64,000 nucleotides of DNA from Selaginella moellendorffii. Taxonomy: Eukaryota; Plantae; Lycopodiophyta. The stretch lies in NCBI RefSeq assembly GCF_000143415.4, contig NW_003314326.1:879609-943608 (forward strand). The letters run 5' to 3'. Position 1 is the first letter of the stretch; the number at the start of each line of letters is the position of its first letter. Both the position numbers and the translations under genes were made by a program. The notes beneath the pieces are model-generated. The model saw only the letters and a list, made by a program, of their open reading frames with translations, was not told the origin of the DNA and did not search any database. Below are positions 62,300 through 64,000 of this stretch, in pieces.

Positions 62300-62950
62300 A
62301 TTAGAAGCTAAAACTCTCTAGATGGATTCAGGGACTTCAATGCACATCGCAGCTCTCAGGTCTGCCTTCCACACTTACACAGCGTTGAAGACCTTGAAAT
62401 AAGTGTACATGGGGAACAAGAGAGGCCTCATAGTTTTTGGGCATGGAATAGTGGTCATCAAGCTTCCGGATAGCTCACGCAAATGCCTCGAGAGGATGTT
62501 CAGTAGCTGGTCAAATAGTTCTTTCTGTTGGCATAGCATCAGACCCAGGCTTCTCAACTTTCTTCTTCGCTACTAGCTGCACCATCTTTGGAACAGATGG
62601 TGATCTAGTGGCTAACGGCATCTGGTATGACACTCTACCATCTTAATGTAGAATTGGTGTTTCCTTCAGCTTTTGAGAGGCAGCTCCTCCCTCAGCAAAA
62701 TGGCGTTGCCGAGCACGCCAATAGAACTCTTGAGGAGAACACACGCTGTATGCTTCAACACTCTGAACTTTCTCATGTGTCTGGGGAGAAGCGCATAAAA
62801 TTTTGGGTGTGTGGCATATGCCCACATTCCTGATGTACACAAGAAACTTGATCCCAAGAGAAGGAAATGCTTCTTCCTGGGGTACCATGATTAGATGAAG
62901 GCTTACAAGCTTTACAACTTTGATTGCCAAAAGCTCATGAGCCCAATGGC
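62300..62950 (+). mobile_element. Degenerate Ty1/copia protease-integrase remnant
   Basis: MDSGTSMH...VYMGN..IVFGHGIV (protease), PQQNGVAEHANRTLEENTRCML (integrase), FGCVAYAHIP..KKLDPK..KCFFLGY. Stops and deletions present. Confidence 0.85.
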
Positions 62951-64000
62951 AAGGTATAACTTGGGGATCAATCAAGGAAAAATCCCTTGTGAAATTTGAG
63001 ATCAAATTTGATGAAGAAAGATTAAGATCTCTCTAGGCTGTCGAAGTTATACAAGGTTGTGAATGAGAAATTCCTGATTAGAAACCAAATTCTTTACTTT
63101 CAAGGAAATGTTCAAAATCTTGGCCCAGAAATGTAACAAAGCTTTGATGAAATTCGTCAGGGTATATGAACAAAGTACCCCACTGCCTCTTTCTCATTTT
63201 GACTAGGTGGTGGATCTTTCACTTATCTTGGACGACATTCCTGAGCCCCTAGCACTGCCCATTTCCCTAGTAATCAAGGAGGGGTCCTTATCAATCCAGC
63301 CGCCATACCTAGTGGCTTCGTCAGGATATCGGCCACCATCGATTGGAAAAACACTCTGATTTCTTCCGGCCAGGAACATCTCGTCAATCTGCCACACCTG
63401 GATCGATCACTACTCCTGCAAGCCTACGCAATTCCACCAGAATCCACCCCACCGGAGTTCCAGACCGAGACTCTGCCCTCTCCCGACTCCAGCTATGTGG
63501 AGTGAGTATTCCTCTCCTTCATAAGCAGCAGCATTCGATCGCTGCTAGAGAGCGAAAACACCGCGGCTTGATTCGAAATGCTGGCAGCTCACCTCTGGAT
63601 CGCGATCACCTGCGCTAGAACCGACCTCTCGGTTCTTCAACCGCATGAAGAAACAAAGCAAGGGTTCGCGGTGGATGGGAGAAAACATTTCTTTCCTCGG
63701 CTTTCCAATGGATTTCATGGTAATGTAATCTTTGTTGCAACCGCTTCCTCCACCGTTGAGCAGCTGCTGGCAGGACCGATTGACCGTGCTGTGAATATCA
63801 TCCAAGAAGCCAAGGGCAAGATCACGCACCAACACATGCTATCCACAGTGGCATGGATTGCATCTGGCGAGAGCCCGCTAGAGATCTCGCTCTCCTTCCA
63901 CCGCTCGGATCTCATGATCTCGAGCTGGCAGCGATTGGAGATGGCTGGCACGGATTTCGGAAGCGGCAAGCCGGCATTCGTTAGAACCAATGGAATTCCA

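Noticed and set aside
63200-64000. GC-rich coding-like sequence on the - strand at the window edge
   Set aside because: Broken frames and no motif recognised. It needs the adjacent window and a homology search.

Overview
Land-plant nuclear DNA. The very short GT-AG introns (about 45-60 nt), compact GC-rich genes and intronless P-class PPR genes suggest a lycophyte such as Selaginella; this is an inference. The window has three parts. (1) About 1-23.3 kb: a degenerate copia remnant between long inverted repeats, a small TIR element, then genes for an NT-C2/coiled-coil protein, a senescence/spartin (ERD7-like) protein, a frameshifted UGT, a PPR protein and a neprosin-type peptidase. (2) About 23.5-45.1 kb: a nested transposon island. 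An old Ty3/gypsy scaffold is interrupted by a 5-kb TIR DNA transposon (Sola-like ORF, 4-bp TSD, dispersed 22-bp palindromes) and by solo LTRs with TSDs. It is followed by an 8.75-kb non-autonomous LTR element whose two LTRs are different subtypes and whose 5' LTR carries an inverted solo LTR. (3) About 46.5-64 kb: a PPR gene, a U6 snRNA gene inside the 367-bp divergent interval before threonine synthase, a GDSL lipase, a free-standing RT-dead group II intron maturase, a UXS pseudogene retaining a U12 AT-AC intron, F-box genes/fragments, a B3-domain gene and a copia remnant. The most notable items are the nuclear maturase, the Sola-like element and the U6 arrangement.
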